Counted from the stretch's first letter, positions 1 through 13,479 are shown. The stretch: DNA of 64,000 nucleotides from the human T2T-CHM13v2.0 reference genome, Homo sapiens (GCF_009914755.1 NC_060930.1); one strand, 5' to 3'. Numbers and translations: made by a program. The notes: generated by a model not told the origin, from the sequence alone.

Positions 1-1119
1 TCTATACTAATACATCTTCAGTCAGTCATGCTCACTGGCCAGAATCCATTCTCTGAACACCCTTGACCACCAAACTCACATATATTCTTTCCTATCTCTA
101 AGCAGTCTTGCCTGTTCCTTCCCCATTTCCAAAATCTGGGGCTGCCATGAGTGCCCTCAGTGCCTGTTCTCTTGGCAATCAGACAGGGCTGGGCACCAGG
201 TGATGTCGGGGAAATGGTTGGGTCACAGCAAGCAGGTGGCCTTCTCAGGAACCTGCGTGAGAAGGGCCTGAGGGAGAGGCCTTCTCAGGAACAGGGTGGG
301 AAGCACCCAGACACAACCTGAGCTGAGGCACAGAGGAGACTTGAGAGTGCCTGTTTGCTCTGCCAGAAGGGTTGGGCCCAGACCACTGCAATTGCTTCCC
401 TGCCATCTCCCAAACTCAGCTGAGAGCCCCCTCCCTGTCACCCAGCCCCCGTGGGAATGGCTCAGGCCAGGAGCTACCATCAAACTAGCTCCTTTCTCCC
501 AGGGCCTGGTGACTCCTTGACAGGTTACAGCCCCAAAGACAAACAGATTCTGCCAAGCAAATAACTGTTCAGCAGTGGGGGTGTTGGGGAAGGCCTAGGA
601 GTGGGTCTGAAGCTGCCAGAAGAAGACCCAGGTGAAGTGGGGGGTGGGCTCCCCTGCAGAGAACAAACAGCTGTGGGCACCTGGAAAGAAGCACGATGCA
701 GGTACACTGTCACGGGTGAGGGCACTCACCCCAGGGGTCTGTGGGCCAGTCTCCCAGGCTCTTTCACTCTGGGCTCTGTATCAGGCTGCTCCCTGAGAAA
801 GAAGAGTCTTGCATGCAGGCCCTTGGGGGCAGGGAACCAAACAATGCTTGCTGGCTGATCAGCTAACTTGGCTGATTTTCTTTGTGCTGGAGATACAGGT
901 CATTTGGAGGCAGTTTCCTTACCTTCCTGGTCACTGGGCACCAGAAAGGGCAGGAGACCCCATTATAAACCCAGGACTAATTTCCCAAACATATAATGAA
1001 CCTCAGGGTCTCAGTTTTCCCATCTGCAAAAGGGAAAGGCCCAGAGACCAAACAGTACACATCACAGAGCCATTATGGGGCCACACAAGTTTACAGGAGG
1101 CTTGAGGGTGCAATAAAAC

Positions 1120-1191
1120 TCACCAACACACATGAAAACAGCTTTTTTTGGTGTGTGTGTTAATTTAATCATACAAATATTCATTTATACA
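1120..1191 (-). terminator. Distal cleavage/polyadenylation site of ILRUN
   Basis: ATTAAA at 1164-1169(-), UGUA motifs upstream (about 1172-1175 and 1188-1191), CA followed by an A-run about 15-20 nt downstream, and a GU-rich downstream element TGTTTTCATGTGTGTTGGTG at about 1121-1140. Confidence 0.8.
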
Positions 1192-4100
1192 ATAAGGAAA
1201 AACCTCCTCATCTTTATCTCCTCCTAGGCACCATGAGGCCCCACCACAAACATCCAGCTGGCTTTCTACACACACCACTGTCCAGGTGGGAAGGGCAGCC
1301 ACTGCTGCTCCTGCATTCACCCAAGGAAACAAAGGAAAGGTGCGGCGAGGCAGGGTGGGGTGAGTAATCAGCTTGCACTTCTGAGCCCTGGCAACCCTAC
1401 CATCCTCTCCTGCTGGGCTCAGATTGAATTTGGGGAGGTATTTATTCTCATGCCCATTTCCCACCATGGCCACCCTCAGGCCACACCAGCTGTTTGGTGA
1501 GGTTCTCTCCAGGCTGGAAGTAACTTTGATGGGCTTAAGGTTACAGCCAGTCCTTATGGGGGAGAGAAGGCTGACTGCTTCTTGTAGAAAAATGCCCCAA
1601 ATTCAACTGTCCTCACGGCAAAAAGAAAAAAAGCATGCACACGTGCACATCCATCCACACACACACACCTCACTCCATGCACACTGACAGATTCTTCCCA
1701 AGTCTGAACCCCTCTGTCTCCCCAACTGGGTTCAGACCCTATCACCTAACCATGGTGTCTGCCTCACCTCCTGGGTGCCAGACGCAGGTGGTCCTGCCCA
1801 GAGGTGGCCTGCCACTTGGTGAAGATTCTAAGAGGAGCAGGGACTATTGGGGCTGAGAGGTAGCCACTACCACCCCACTAGGCAGGGGAGCAGAGAGGGG
1901 CCCTAGGCATTGCTCTGAACCCATACCAGTGAGGGGAGAGAGAATGAATGATACTGATACCCTCCCTGGGCTGGGGAAGCCATGGACCCCTCTGCCTGCA
2001 CTCCATGACTTGCACTTACTCTGGCCCTCTGCAAGGAGCTCATCTCGCCTCCAAGGATGTGCACAGAAATGGTTTGTTCTTGGGAAGGGAGACAAGGTGC
2101 TTGGGACATTTAACTTGCCAAGTGTGGTTGCCTAGAAGCAAGAGGAAGAGCAAGACGACTCTGGCAGGCCCAGACCCACTGACGGTGGCCCATGAAGCCC
2201 CTGCTGGGAAACTGGGAAGGGGCACCCAGTGTTGGGCAGAAGAGGAAGTCAGGAAAGCAGGGGTTGTGAAGCCTCCCACAATCCTGCCAGGGACAGTGGA
2301 GATGTGCTGCTTCAAGGCTACTAAGCAGTAAGAACAGCTGGGCATGCATGGGCTCCAGGGAGGCAGTGTCTCAGGAGACTGGTACCAGCAGCAGCAGTCT
2401 GGGCCTAATGAGGCCCTCAGACAAAAAGCCATCCTGAGGCCTGTGGCGTGGGTACCTGGCAGAGACTTCCCTCTGCTCTGCTAGGGAGTGGAGCACTCCC
2501 ATGTGCACAGAAAATAGGTGCTCCAGAGTAAGCTCTAGTGAAGTCCCAGACCCAGCTGCACCACGCTTCTCAGCAGGCTGGCTCCAGCCACCCCCAGGGC
2601 TTCTCCAGTGGAATAAAGTTTATGCCCCCTTTTATTTTTTGGGGGGTGGGGAGGTGAAGAGGGAATTTCACACAAGCTTTTCTCCCACAATCAAGCTCTA
2701 AAAAAACAACAGTCTCAGAAGAGGATGAGGAGGAACAAACAACACACATTTTTTGGAACTCAGACACCCAGACAGAAACAGGCAGGCAGACCCTCACCCA
2801 CACCCAGGCTATATGACTCCTTGCAGCCACTCATTACCTGGTCTCCCTGCCTGTCTCACACCCTCACCCACCACCCAGCTGGATGGGGGTGTGGTAACAG
2901 GCAGGTGACCCTGCAACAGCACCCTGGATCCATATCCCTGGCTCTCAAACCAACTAAGACTTGAGGGAAGGAGGGGGGTAAGAGGGACTTTGCATATTCT
3001 TGTATCTTTGGCAGACAGCTGTTCTAGCCTGGTTCAAGCTTCCCATGGAGATATCCACATCTCAACCTGCTCAGAATCTACAGGATGCCAGGGCAGGCCA
3101 CCTGCCTGAGTGAGCAGCCAGTCAATCAGCCTCTTGCTTCAGCTGGGCTGCCACTTGCCCACCTCCCAGCCAATAATCTAGCATCCTGGCAGGGAGGCGG
3201 GGCTGTGGAGGTCCTCTCATTTCCATCTAAATGTGGTCTCCAAGATCAAGTAGTCAGTGGCTGGCCCTTCCCCATGACAAATTCCCCCTTTGGGGCTGTA
3301 TTTTCATACCTCTACAGATCAGCTGCCACTAACAGGCTGTGAAAATATCAGAGGACAACTGAAGAGAAACAGGGAAAGGTGTTGTGTGACAACAGAGAAG
3401 CATGGGCCACCTTCAAGCTTGCCTACTGCACACCTGCTGGTGAGTTGCACCGACACCCGTGTGTGCACATGTGGTGCATACATATAACCAGCACAGAGGC
3501 ACTGTTCCCAGAGCAAATGGGAAGCCACTGCATGAAGAATCCAAAAGAGCAGTAAGCATGATGGCATTTCTCTCTGCCAAGAGAAACATGGAAGAAAAGC
3601 AATTTTAATTGTTACAAGGGTGTGCAGAAGGACACCTCTCAGGCTTAGAAAATCCCACGTCACCCGAGATCTATCCTCAAGGCTTCCTCTGCTGGCCACA
3701 CAGGGAAGTTTGGTCTTCAGAGAGGTTCTGATGCTAACAAGCCACAGGGTTGACGAATACAAATGTCAAAGGTGTAAATCAACAGAAGATTAAAGAGAAA
3801 AGAGGAGGAAAAGGGTGATAACTCATTGGCTGATGCCATTAAAAACAAATGGGGTCAGAGACTTCTGGAGTCATGTGGCAGGGCAGATGTACTCCTGTAG
3901 CACTGATCCGCAGAGTCCTCAAACATGCCACGCCAACTTTTCACCTGAATCTCTTCCAGAACAAGCACTATTCTATAAAGAATATGTTATCCCTTATTTA
4001 AAAAAATAAAAGTGGGGAAAGAGGGAAAAAAATTAACATGTGCTCAAAACTACAACCTTTCTGTAGGCAAAATAATTTTTGTTTAAAAAGATGGCTTTTT

Positions 4101-4419
4101 TTCCCCCATTTTAAACTTTTTCCCCCTTCCCGAGTGACCTAATGACTTGTTAGACTGATGCCTATAACAAAACCCAAAGTGGCTGCATGGATTTCTTCTT
4201 GGTAGCCTCAACACCATTCCTGTGATTCAGCATTCACACATGCATACTGAGTTTACTCAAAACTAGTCTGTTCTGCTTCTTCCTCTTCTTCCGGGATGAG
4301 AGGGGGTCAGAGCCAGGGGTCTGTGCGATGTGGTCTGCAATCCAGAGGAACCCCTTGCCCTAACCCCCCAAAGTCAGGCCTTCTGTCTTTTGTTAATTTT
4401 TCTTCTTGCTGACACCCGT
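1145..4419 (-). other. ILRUN: ILRUN 3'UTR (~3.3 kb, no Alu seen)
   Basis: Continuous unique sequence from the stop codon to the distal poly(A) signal; the exact 3' end is approximate. Confidence 0.85.
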
Positions 4420-4455
4420 TTAAGACTGGCCGAAGGGGTAAGGCCCATGGAGCCC
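4420..4455 (-). CDS. ILRUN: ILRUN terminal exon 5, coding part (GLHGPYPFGQS-stop TAA)
   Basis: Minus strand reads GGG CTC CAT GGG CCT TAC CCC TTC GGC CAG TCT TAA. It is preceded by ACTGACTATCTTCACTCTCTTCCAG (branch-like CTGAC, pyrimidine tract, AG at 4456-4457). Matches the known ILRUN C-terminus. Confidence 0.95.
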   Translation of the reverse strand, partial: GLHGPYPFGQS

Positions 4456-4899
4456 CTGGAAGAGAGTGAAGATAGTCAGTGATGGTACACATAGCAGTGC
4501 AACTTGACAACCAAACCAAGTGCAAGATCTATGGTTCCCAGTGAGTCACAAGGAAGCCCCAATCCACAGACAAGGCCTGAGGGTCTTTGCCATACAAAAC
4601 CTCGGCAGGCCAAAGATCAGTACATTTCAAGTTGCTAAGTTTCTCACTGAATCCAAAGATTTCTCACATCATCCAAAGAGAGGGGAGGGTAGAGATAACT
4701 CCCCCATCTTTCAGATGGTAGATCAGTCAATGCCAACCTTCCTCCACCCAGGTCACAAAGCTTTCCTATTTCCTTCTTGACAAAAATGTCTCAACCACTC
4801 TGCTAAAGATCCTTATATGCCATTCTATGCACCTTAACTTCAGATGTAAGGCTACTGCTAGCTAACAACACATATATCAGCAAAAACACAGAAATAGCA

Positions 4900-5060
4900 A
4901 CTATTTACTTAGCACCTAGGTCCCAGGCACAGTACTAGGGGCTTATCCTACATTGCCTTTAATTCTCACCTCTTCCCTAAAAGCCAGGTGAGTATTATAA
5001 CACCTATTTCACTGACACCCATTTTACTGCAGAGAATAAGACTTGTTCAAGGTCACCTGG
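4900..5060 (-). mobile_element. MIR fragment (further MIR-like pieces at ~12960-13170, 14740-14950, 25560-25680, 53680-53800, 55010-55100)
   Basis: CCAGGCACAGTACTAGG..TTTAATTCTCAC..CCCATTTTAC..GACTTGTTCAAGGTCAC core. Confidence 0.6.
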
Positions 5061-5062
5061 TT

Positions 5063-5644
<582 letters not shown>

Positions 5645-6395
5645 AATCCTGTCTCAAGCTTTTTAAAAAAATCACGTGGTAAGAGGCAGAGCCAAGATTC
5701 AAATCCAAATTTGATGGACTGCAGTATTCCTTCTTCCCACGCTAGCTCTCCCTTGCCACATGATAAGGTTTATTCCAACTTGCCAAAGGCACTTTCTATG
5801 CTGCTTGGCTGAGTGGAAGAAGCTTCACAGTCTTGCTTCCCCTTATAAGAAAGACACACCAAGATGTGCCAACATCAAAAGCAGCTACACAAACCACGAA
5901 CACGCTGGACCATGACGTGTGCTTCCTCCCCAATCCCTGCTTTTTGTTTTTCCATATAAAGCCTCCCAAAACCAGAAGGACATCTCTAGCTGCTTGGTCG
6001 TATCACTAAACTAAACAAAAAATCCTCAGGAGATGATTTGGGGAATGGACAGGCCAATACCAATGGGGCATCCACTACGTGCCAGGTGCTGCAGTAGCAC
6101 CTAACATGTTCTCTTTAGCCCTCACAAAGATCCAAGGAGACAAGCATGGTCTCCAAGCTCAGACAGGTGAGGCAACCTGATTAAGGGAGCAGCACTGGTG
6201 AGGGAAGCAACTGGCATTTGCCAAAATGCCACATGGCTGTCAGCCCGAGCCAACCACGCCTCTAGCAGACGAGCTATGAACCATCTCAGCAGCCACAGCA
6301 TCCACCCACTCAAGCAAGTGTGCACTGGGGCAGCAAAGGGCTCTCAGATTCCATTTTGCAAGTCCTGGTAGGGGGGGTCCCATACATCAGAGGTA

Positions 6396-6569
6396 TCAAG
6401 TTCACGCAAAAGTAATTGCAGTTTTTGCCATTATTTTTATTTTTATTTTTTATTTTTATTTTTTTCAAGACAGAGTCAAGTGCTGGGATTACAGGCATGA
6501 GCCACTGCGCCTGGCCTTTGCCATTACTTTTAATGGCAAAAAATGCAGTTAACTTTTACACCAACCTAA
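6396..6569. mobile_element. MADE1 (Hsmar1-derived MITE) interrupted by an internally deleted Alu
   Basis: Arms GCAAAAGTAATTGCAGTTTTTGCCATTA ... TAATGGCAAAAAATGCAGTTAACTTTTACACCAACCTAA, flanked by TA. Confidence 0.85.
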
Positions 6570-6751
6570 TAGAACGTAAAGCAGCTTAAAACAAGCTGCC
6601 CTGACTCAGCAGTTCCCAACAACAATCATTCATCTAGAACTACCCAAGGAAAGCAACAAAAACTTTAATTCCCTTAAGGTTTAGAACCAATACAATGCTC
6701 AAAGGTCTCTGTGCAGGAAAAAAAAATGCACAGCAAAAAGAAAACCTTGCT

Positions 6752-7040
6752 AGGTACGGTCGCTTATGTCTATAATCCCAGCACTTTGGGAGGCCCAGGC
6801 GGGAGAACTGCTTGAGGTGAGGAGTTAGGAGATCAGTATGGGTAACACAGTGTGACTCCATCTCCACGCGCAAATTTTTTTTTAATTAGTTGGACATGGC
6901 GACGCATGGCTGTAGTCCCAGATACTCAGGAGGCTGAGGCCAGAGGATCACTTGAGCCCAGGAGGTCGAGGCTGCAGTGAGCTATGATTGTGCCACTGTA
7001 CTTCAGCCTGCGAGACAGAGTAAGACCTTCTCTCTTAAAA
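6752..7040 (+). mobile_element. AluJ
   Basis: Dimeric Alu with J-type GAGCCCAGGAGGTCGAGGCTGCAGTGAGCTATG. Confidence 0.85.
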
Positions 7041-8729
7041 CAAAGTCACAGGTTCTGAGGGTTAGGGAAAAAATAATAAATTTAATAAAGAAAAAAGAAA
7101 ACTCAAAAAACAAACAGCATTTGCTTCCTATGAAATATTTACCCCTTTACCCTAAATTTAACTGCTTTCCAGTCCAAAGCTCTACACACTTCATGTGGGC
7201 CTTTATAAAGCAACCACTGGCTTTATGATTTGTCTAGAATACTTGAAGAAGGAAGTTTATGACTTTGTCAAAAAGCTGTTGTATATTCCCACTTAACGGA
7301 TAAATAAAGCAGGTTCTATTCAATTGGAAGAAACAGGAATAAAGACGTGTGCATTTTCAGATTTCCTTTGAGTGCCCTGGCCTTCAGACCATTCAGTGTG
7401 GCATTTAACTAGTTTAGATTATGGTTATTGTTGATCCTCTATTTACTGATGTTCCATGCCTTTTATGAAGAAAAATAGCTACCTAATTCTCTTTCACCCA
7501 GTGAACTATATATTAGAGTTGTTGTTGTTTAATTGGAACAGAAAAATAGTTTGATGAACAAGCTCTATTTTTCTTACCCCCAAATTAATTACCATCACTT
7601 CAAGGAAGAGAGAGGGCACCAACTCTATTTGGAAGCTATTTTACGATCTAGACTCCCCCACACACAGTATCATAGGTGTCTCATGTGGATCACAGAACAC
7701 AGGCAACATAACACCAGTTGTAGAGGAAAAGCCTGGCAGAGATTCCAAGAACAGCTTGTCTGGGGAGTCCTATGGCAGTAGGCCAAGCAGGAAGACCATC
7801 GCGGTACCTTCTGGATGGAGGTACTTTCAAACCGGGAGGCCCATCCACATTTCAGATTCCACTGGAGTTCTAAGACCTGGTGTAACAGGTTCTGGTAGCC
7901 AACGACAATCCCAGCCTAAAAGTAGGATTTGGCAATACAGATAACATTCACTCTCTTCTGGGGCCTAGCAACTCTTCAACTTTTATCTGTAGTAAAAACA
8001 GATGCCAAATATTTTAGCTAACCTGGAATCAATGAAATATCTTCTCTTACACTTGTACCACTACTAATAAGGAAAACAGATAAAGGGGCATATGCATTAG
8101 ATGGTACCACAGAACCCTGAATTCAACTCGGACCCAAGCAAAAATTGAAGCCATCATCCTGATTATAAAACCCAGTGAGCTTGATGCAGAAAGCCACTCC
8201 TCTCTAGGAATAATCATGTCCTATCACATAGGGACTAGCAGCAAGACTGATTTATCCATGCTAACGGAGGGTATAAATACTCAAACCCAGAAAAAAACTC
8301 TGGTATCTGACTCCAGGTCTAAAGGCCAGTTGCCCAGGGCATACACCACTTACACAGAAATGGGTTTCCAAAGGCTACATTGAACAGCCCCACATCTGCT
8401 AGGGGATATGAAACTGTTCAGGTCCATAGGGGCTGAGGTGTTGCTTGTTTTGCCTCAGCTTTCCCTAAGCTTTCACTGACCAGCTATCATAGGTATGAGC
8501 GTGGGGACCTAAGTTCAACCTGGCTAGAGAGCAGGCAAGCCTTCTTAAAGCGCAGAGGCTCCACAGTCATTAGCTAAGGCAGCAACGCCTCCTGCTCACC
8601 AGTGTTGGGGAAGAGACTTTTGCCTTAGGCCAGCTGATTGATTACAGTAGTTGGGCCAAGTCCTGAACTGCATTTCCACAATGCAATAATAACTACTGCA
8701 AGCAAGCCATTATCTGGCTAATTTCCTAA

Positions 8730-8878
8730 AATTAAAAAAAAATTTTGTTGTTGGGTGTGGTAAGGGAGGGGTGGTCCTCACTATGTTGCCCAGGCTGGTC
8801 TTGAACTCCTGGCCTCAAGTCATCTTCCCACTTTGGCTAAGTGCTGTAATTACAGGCATGAGCCACTGTGCTCAGCCC
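8730..8878 (-). mobile_element. Alu left monomer / FLAM
   Basis: CACTATGTTGCCCAGGCTGGTCTTGAACTCCTGGCCTCAAG..GAGCCACTGTGCTCAGCC. Confidence 0.8.
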
Positions 8879-10129
8879 TAAAATATTGTTAGAGAACATT
8901 TACAGACATAAAGATGAGCTCAGTCTCATCCTTATCAATCTCCTAAAAGGAAAATTTAAGATCTAGTACTTATAATCCTGTCCTCAAAGCAAACCTAAAA
9001 ATAACTGTCTCTCTGATTTGTTTTACAGAATCATTTATAGTTGTGTCTGTCAAATAGCAAGAATCATTCCTAGCCAGTGATGTGGTTATCACTTATCTTA
9101 TGTGAGGGTAAACCTGCAATATCTTAGAGTCCTTTCTAGAATTATACAGAAGTCAAAATAACCTTTCCAAAAAGGAGTACTAAAAAACTGTCACTGATAG
9201 AAAACATCAACTGTATGCCAAAGTACTAAAAAACAGGCAATCGTTCCATTTCAGTTGTATTCACCTATTTTCATCAGTAGGCAGGGCAGTGCTATCAGAA
9301 GAGTAGGCTGCCCTTCTATGACGACAGAAGCTGTTCCTGATACTTAGTTCTGCCTTGCACATAGTAGACTCAGGTATCAGTAAAATGAATGAATGAATTA
9401 TGAAATACACTGACTGGTGAGTCAGACGTTTTTTAACATTCCAGGAAAAAAAAGAAGGCTGAAATTCCTAATGAAAAAAGGATGTCTCATTGAGAGATTT
9501 TTGCATTACTCTTTCTGTATACGAAAGCTTGTTGTTTAGATAAATTACCACAACACAGGACTTTCACATACCTGTCTTTATTTTGCTTTTATTTGTGATT
9601 TGATTTAAATAAATAAGAAGGTTCACACAGGTTAATAAAAAGACAAGCAAGTTTGTTGTATGGCTGAGAAATAATATGCTCTCTTGGTGTATACTGATGG
9701 CATTATCGGATAACACCATGAGGACCCTCCTCTTCCTCATTTCCTGGGTCAGTCCTGGTCAGTGCTTCTTCCGCCTAGTGCTCCTTTTGTATCACTTATG
9801 TACACTGAATGCAAACACAGAAGAATACAGGGTTTAGTACTAAGTCCTGTCCTGATTTATACTGCAAACATTGTGTGGTGAGGCCCTGCTCACAGGCCTG
9901 GCCTGGCTGGCAGGGGCCAGAAACTGACTAGGACCTGATCAAACCCATTAGTCTCTCATTAACTAGAAATAAAATTAAGTCTGTACTGGAGTAATGAGCA
10001 GGGCAATGGGCACTCTCTCAGTAATGTGCAAACCAGGGCCCTTTCCTTAATGCCTTCTGACTACTCCGGGAGGCTTGCTGGTGGCACAGCAGGACCCGTC
10101 AGCATGAGAGAAGGACTTCTGTAAGATGA

Positions 10130-10469
<340 letters not shown>

Positions 10470-10769
10470 TGTTCAAGTCTCTTTCATGTGACAGTTTCCC
10501 AAAATTCAAAGATGTATTTGATGCACTGGCTGAGAATGAGCGTGAGAACCAGCCAAAGAATAGGAAAAAACCCTACTTCTACACTCAAGGGCTGATGACA
10601 GGGCAAGCTCAGTTCAACCAGGCCTTCTGATTGTGCCAAAACATTTAACTCAGTTATTAGTGTGCTGAATGTATTTTTAAAGCTCTGTAAAAACAACTTG
10701 TTGTATCTGCCTCTGTAATAGTTTTTCTGTTGCTCTTAACTAACCTCTACAGTCCTGTTGAGGAACTTC

Positions 10770-10960
10770 TCATCTACCCATTTATCCTCCCTTCACCCAT
10801 TCATCCAACCCTTCATCATTCATCCCTCCATCCTTCCTCTATCATCCATACTTCCATCCCTCCTCCCTCCATACATCCTCCCTGTCAACCATCCTCCTGT
10901 CCATCCAAAGTCCCCCATTCCAAAAGGCAACTCCCACAGCCTTCACTCACCCCCTACTCC
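10770..10960. repeat. Degenerate (CCAT/CCTC)n low-complexity tract
   Basis: Seen directly. Confidence 0.75.
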
Positions 10961-13231
10961 CCTTACATATTTTTTAAAAACCATGAAGAATAAAACTCAA
11001 ACATAACTGTGAATGAAAACACATTATTCAAAGTTTCTACGTGGAGGTAGAGGATCCTAGCTGAATCTGACTTCCCCTTTTAGTAAAGATTTCAGAAAAA
11101 AGCTATTTGTTATTCAGAATTCTAGCTCCAAAGATCTGATGTAACAGCAAGTGTGCTAGAATCCAAGTGGGATGCTGTTATACAGAACTCTTTCATGGTC
11201 ATCTCCTAGGGTAGAGGAGATTTCCAAAGAGGAAGAACGAACAGTAACAGTCTCACTGGGGAGGACAACAACATGAGAGAAGCTTATTCAAGTTCCTAGT
11301 CAGGTAGCCACCCTGCTAGGACACAGGATAAGGCTGCTGGTCCAGCTTTCTCTCAGAATTTCGATTAAAGCTCCTGTAACTTTCTGTCAACTACCCTTTC
11401 CTTACAAGCCATCATCTCCCCTGTGTGTCTTACAATTAATTGACAGGCATCAGCTTGCATAATGGCTAGTGGATTAAGGGAAGACAGTAAGTTGTCTCTC
11501 TCCTTCTTGGTTCCTTTCAGCTATATTTGGTTTTGTCTTGCCACTCCCCTACTCAAAAGCATTGCTGGCACTCTCTCCTTTCATATTAAATGTGAACTCT
11601 CCTTTGCTTGGCTTTTAAAGGTCTTCCTCCAAAATGCACCCCACCCTCTTTAAGCACACCTCACTCACCGCAGCCAAGCTGGCCAGTGTCCTGTGAACAC
11701 ACCCTGCCTGTGGTTGCCTCTGAGCCTTCCTGCATGTGGTTCTTCTTCCCTCCAATTCAGTTTGAATCCATCCTCCATCAAGGGATCAATTTCTTGATTA
11801 CTCCAAGTCTTACTGCTTTGGCCGTCCCCAAATTCCTATTATCACTTAAAAGTCAACTAGAATTCAACATACTTCATCTTTACTGGCTCTTATTCTTTCC
11901 TATGGATTGGTCACATCTACGTTATCAGATAGTAAATGCTTTGAAGATAGGGATTAGTGGCTGAGCACCCAGGAGACCTCACTTACTGACTGAATAATAT
12001 CAGTCAGTATTATTGACTGTATACTATCAGTCAATATTATTGACTGTGTAAAGCAAACAGCTTTAACTGGCCCTTAGGCAGTGAAATCACAGCAAAAAGT
12101 TCAAGACCCTCAAACCTTTGCAGGGGAACATCCCAGCTCTAAGGAAGCTCCCATTTATCCTGAGATACAACAGTTCTTAACCTTACATTTTGTTCTGGTC
12201 CTGCTGGTATACAATTAAAGCAGACTTAGCTGAGAACAAGTCATTTGAAACCTGAGCATCTATACCAGGAGCCATTCTTACACTTTTGAATTATACTTTA
12301 TCTGTTTGAACCTATAAATTTCACGAGTCCTACTTTGAGAACTTTCATCAGAAATTAAAATGCTGAATTCAGAGTATGGGGAAGAGAATGGGCCCTTATA
12401 ACCAAAATAAAACATGCTGGCAATCTTGGGAACATTAGCTCTGCTTCAGCCACAAGAGTGCACAGCATCAGAACAACCTCAAACAATGCTCAGAGCCCAA
12501 AGCAAATAAAATGGAGCTGGACAGCTTTGAAGCTACTGAGGTACAAAAAGGAAAGTTCCTGGAGATACTTTTTATTCTCAGTCAGATAGTAATGTTACAA
12601 ACAACAAAAGACATTTTCTAAGGCCCATAGTTATGTTTGCTTAATTTATTTAAAAAATGCACACAACATTCATGCCAATGTAAACACCAGCAAGGCTGCG
12701 AGGACTTTACTGGCTCTTCTGGGTTTTCAAAAGAGAATCATCAAAATATTAAGCCCAGAGTATCCTGGCAAGTCCCTTCTGGTACACAGTGTGCTAATCT
12801 GCCAGCCAACTGGGACAGGTCCCTTGGTTGCTCTGTGTTGCTTCTTACCGGCCACACATTCTTTTGCAGTTCCCACAAATGAATGAAGAGGTCTCTACGA
12901 CCTGACACTAAGTGCATAAACTACCTTCAGAGAATAGCCAACAAACTTCACTTGCCAGCAACCTCACTGTAGTGTGGTCTAGAACATTAGACTCAAACTG
13001 GATCCCTGGGTTCCAGCCTGCAGCCCACCTTCAATTTGCTGTGTGAATGTGAGCAAGTTACTTATAATACTTCCCTATTATTTTTTCAAATGAGGATTAT
13101 AACTACGAAATCACAAGTGTGTTGTGAATGAAGAATAAGAATAAAAGCAGTAAAGGTACTGTGGATAGTATGAAATGGTTTACATGTTAGACAGATAGTG
13201 TTAAACTCAGCCCTTGGACCTCTAACTATGC

Positions 13232-13474
13232 CAGAGGTTCACCAGTGGGGGAATTTTGCCCCCCAAGAGACATCTGGCATGTCAAGAAACATTTCTGGTT
13301 GTTACACTGTGGGGAGGGAGGGCAGTACTATTGGCATCTAGTGGGTAAAAGGCCAGGCATGCTGCTAACCACTGTACAATGCCTAAGACACATATACCCT
13401 TGCCTTGTTTAAAAAAAAAGACTTAACTGGCCCAAAATGTCAACAGTCTTAATCAGTCAGCTAAGAAACCCTGA
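13232..13474. mobile_element. MER20 (hAT-Charlie)
   Basis: GGGGGAATTTTGCCCCCCAAGAGACATCTGGCA..TGGCATCTAGTGGGTA..GGCCAGG..GCTGCTAA..AAGAAACCCTG. Confidence 0.8.
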
Positions 13475-13479
13475 CCTCC

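Noticed and set aside
1112-1117. Plus-strand AATAAA suggesting a convergent gene
   Set aside because: No GU-rich downstream element or upstream exon structure is evident on the plus strand.
223-3762. Numerous 60-147 aa ORFs in and beyond the 3'UTR
   Set aside because: They overlap on both strands in GC-richer sequence, have no recognisable homology and are consistent with chance.
4405-4422. Stop-codon read-through or selenocysteine recoding of ILRUN
   Set aside because: The stop is TAA followed by A, not a TGA-CTAG context; no SECIS recognised.
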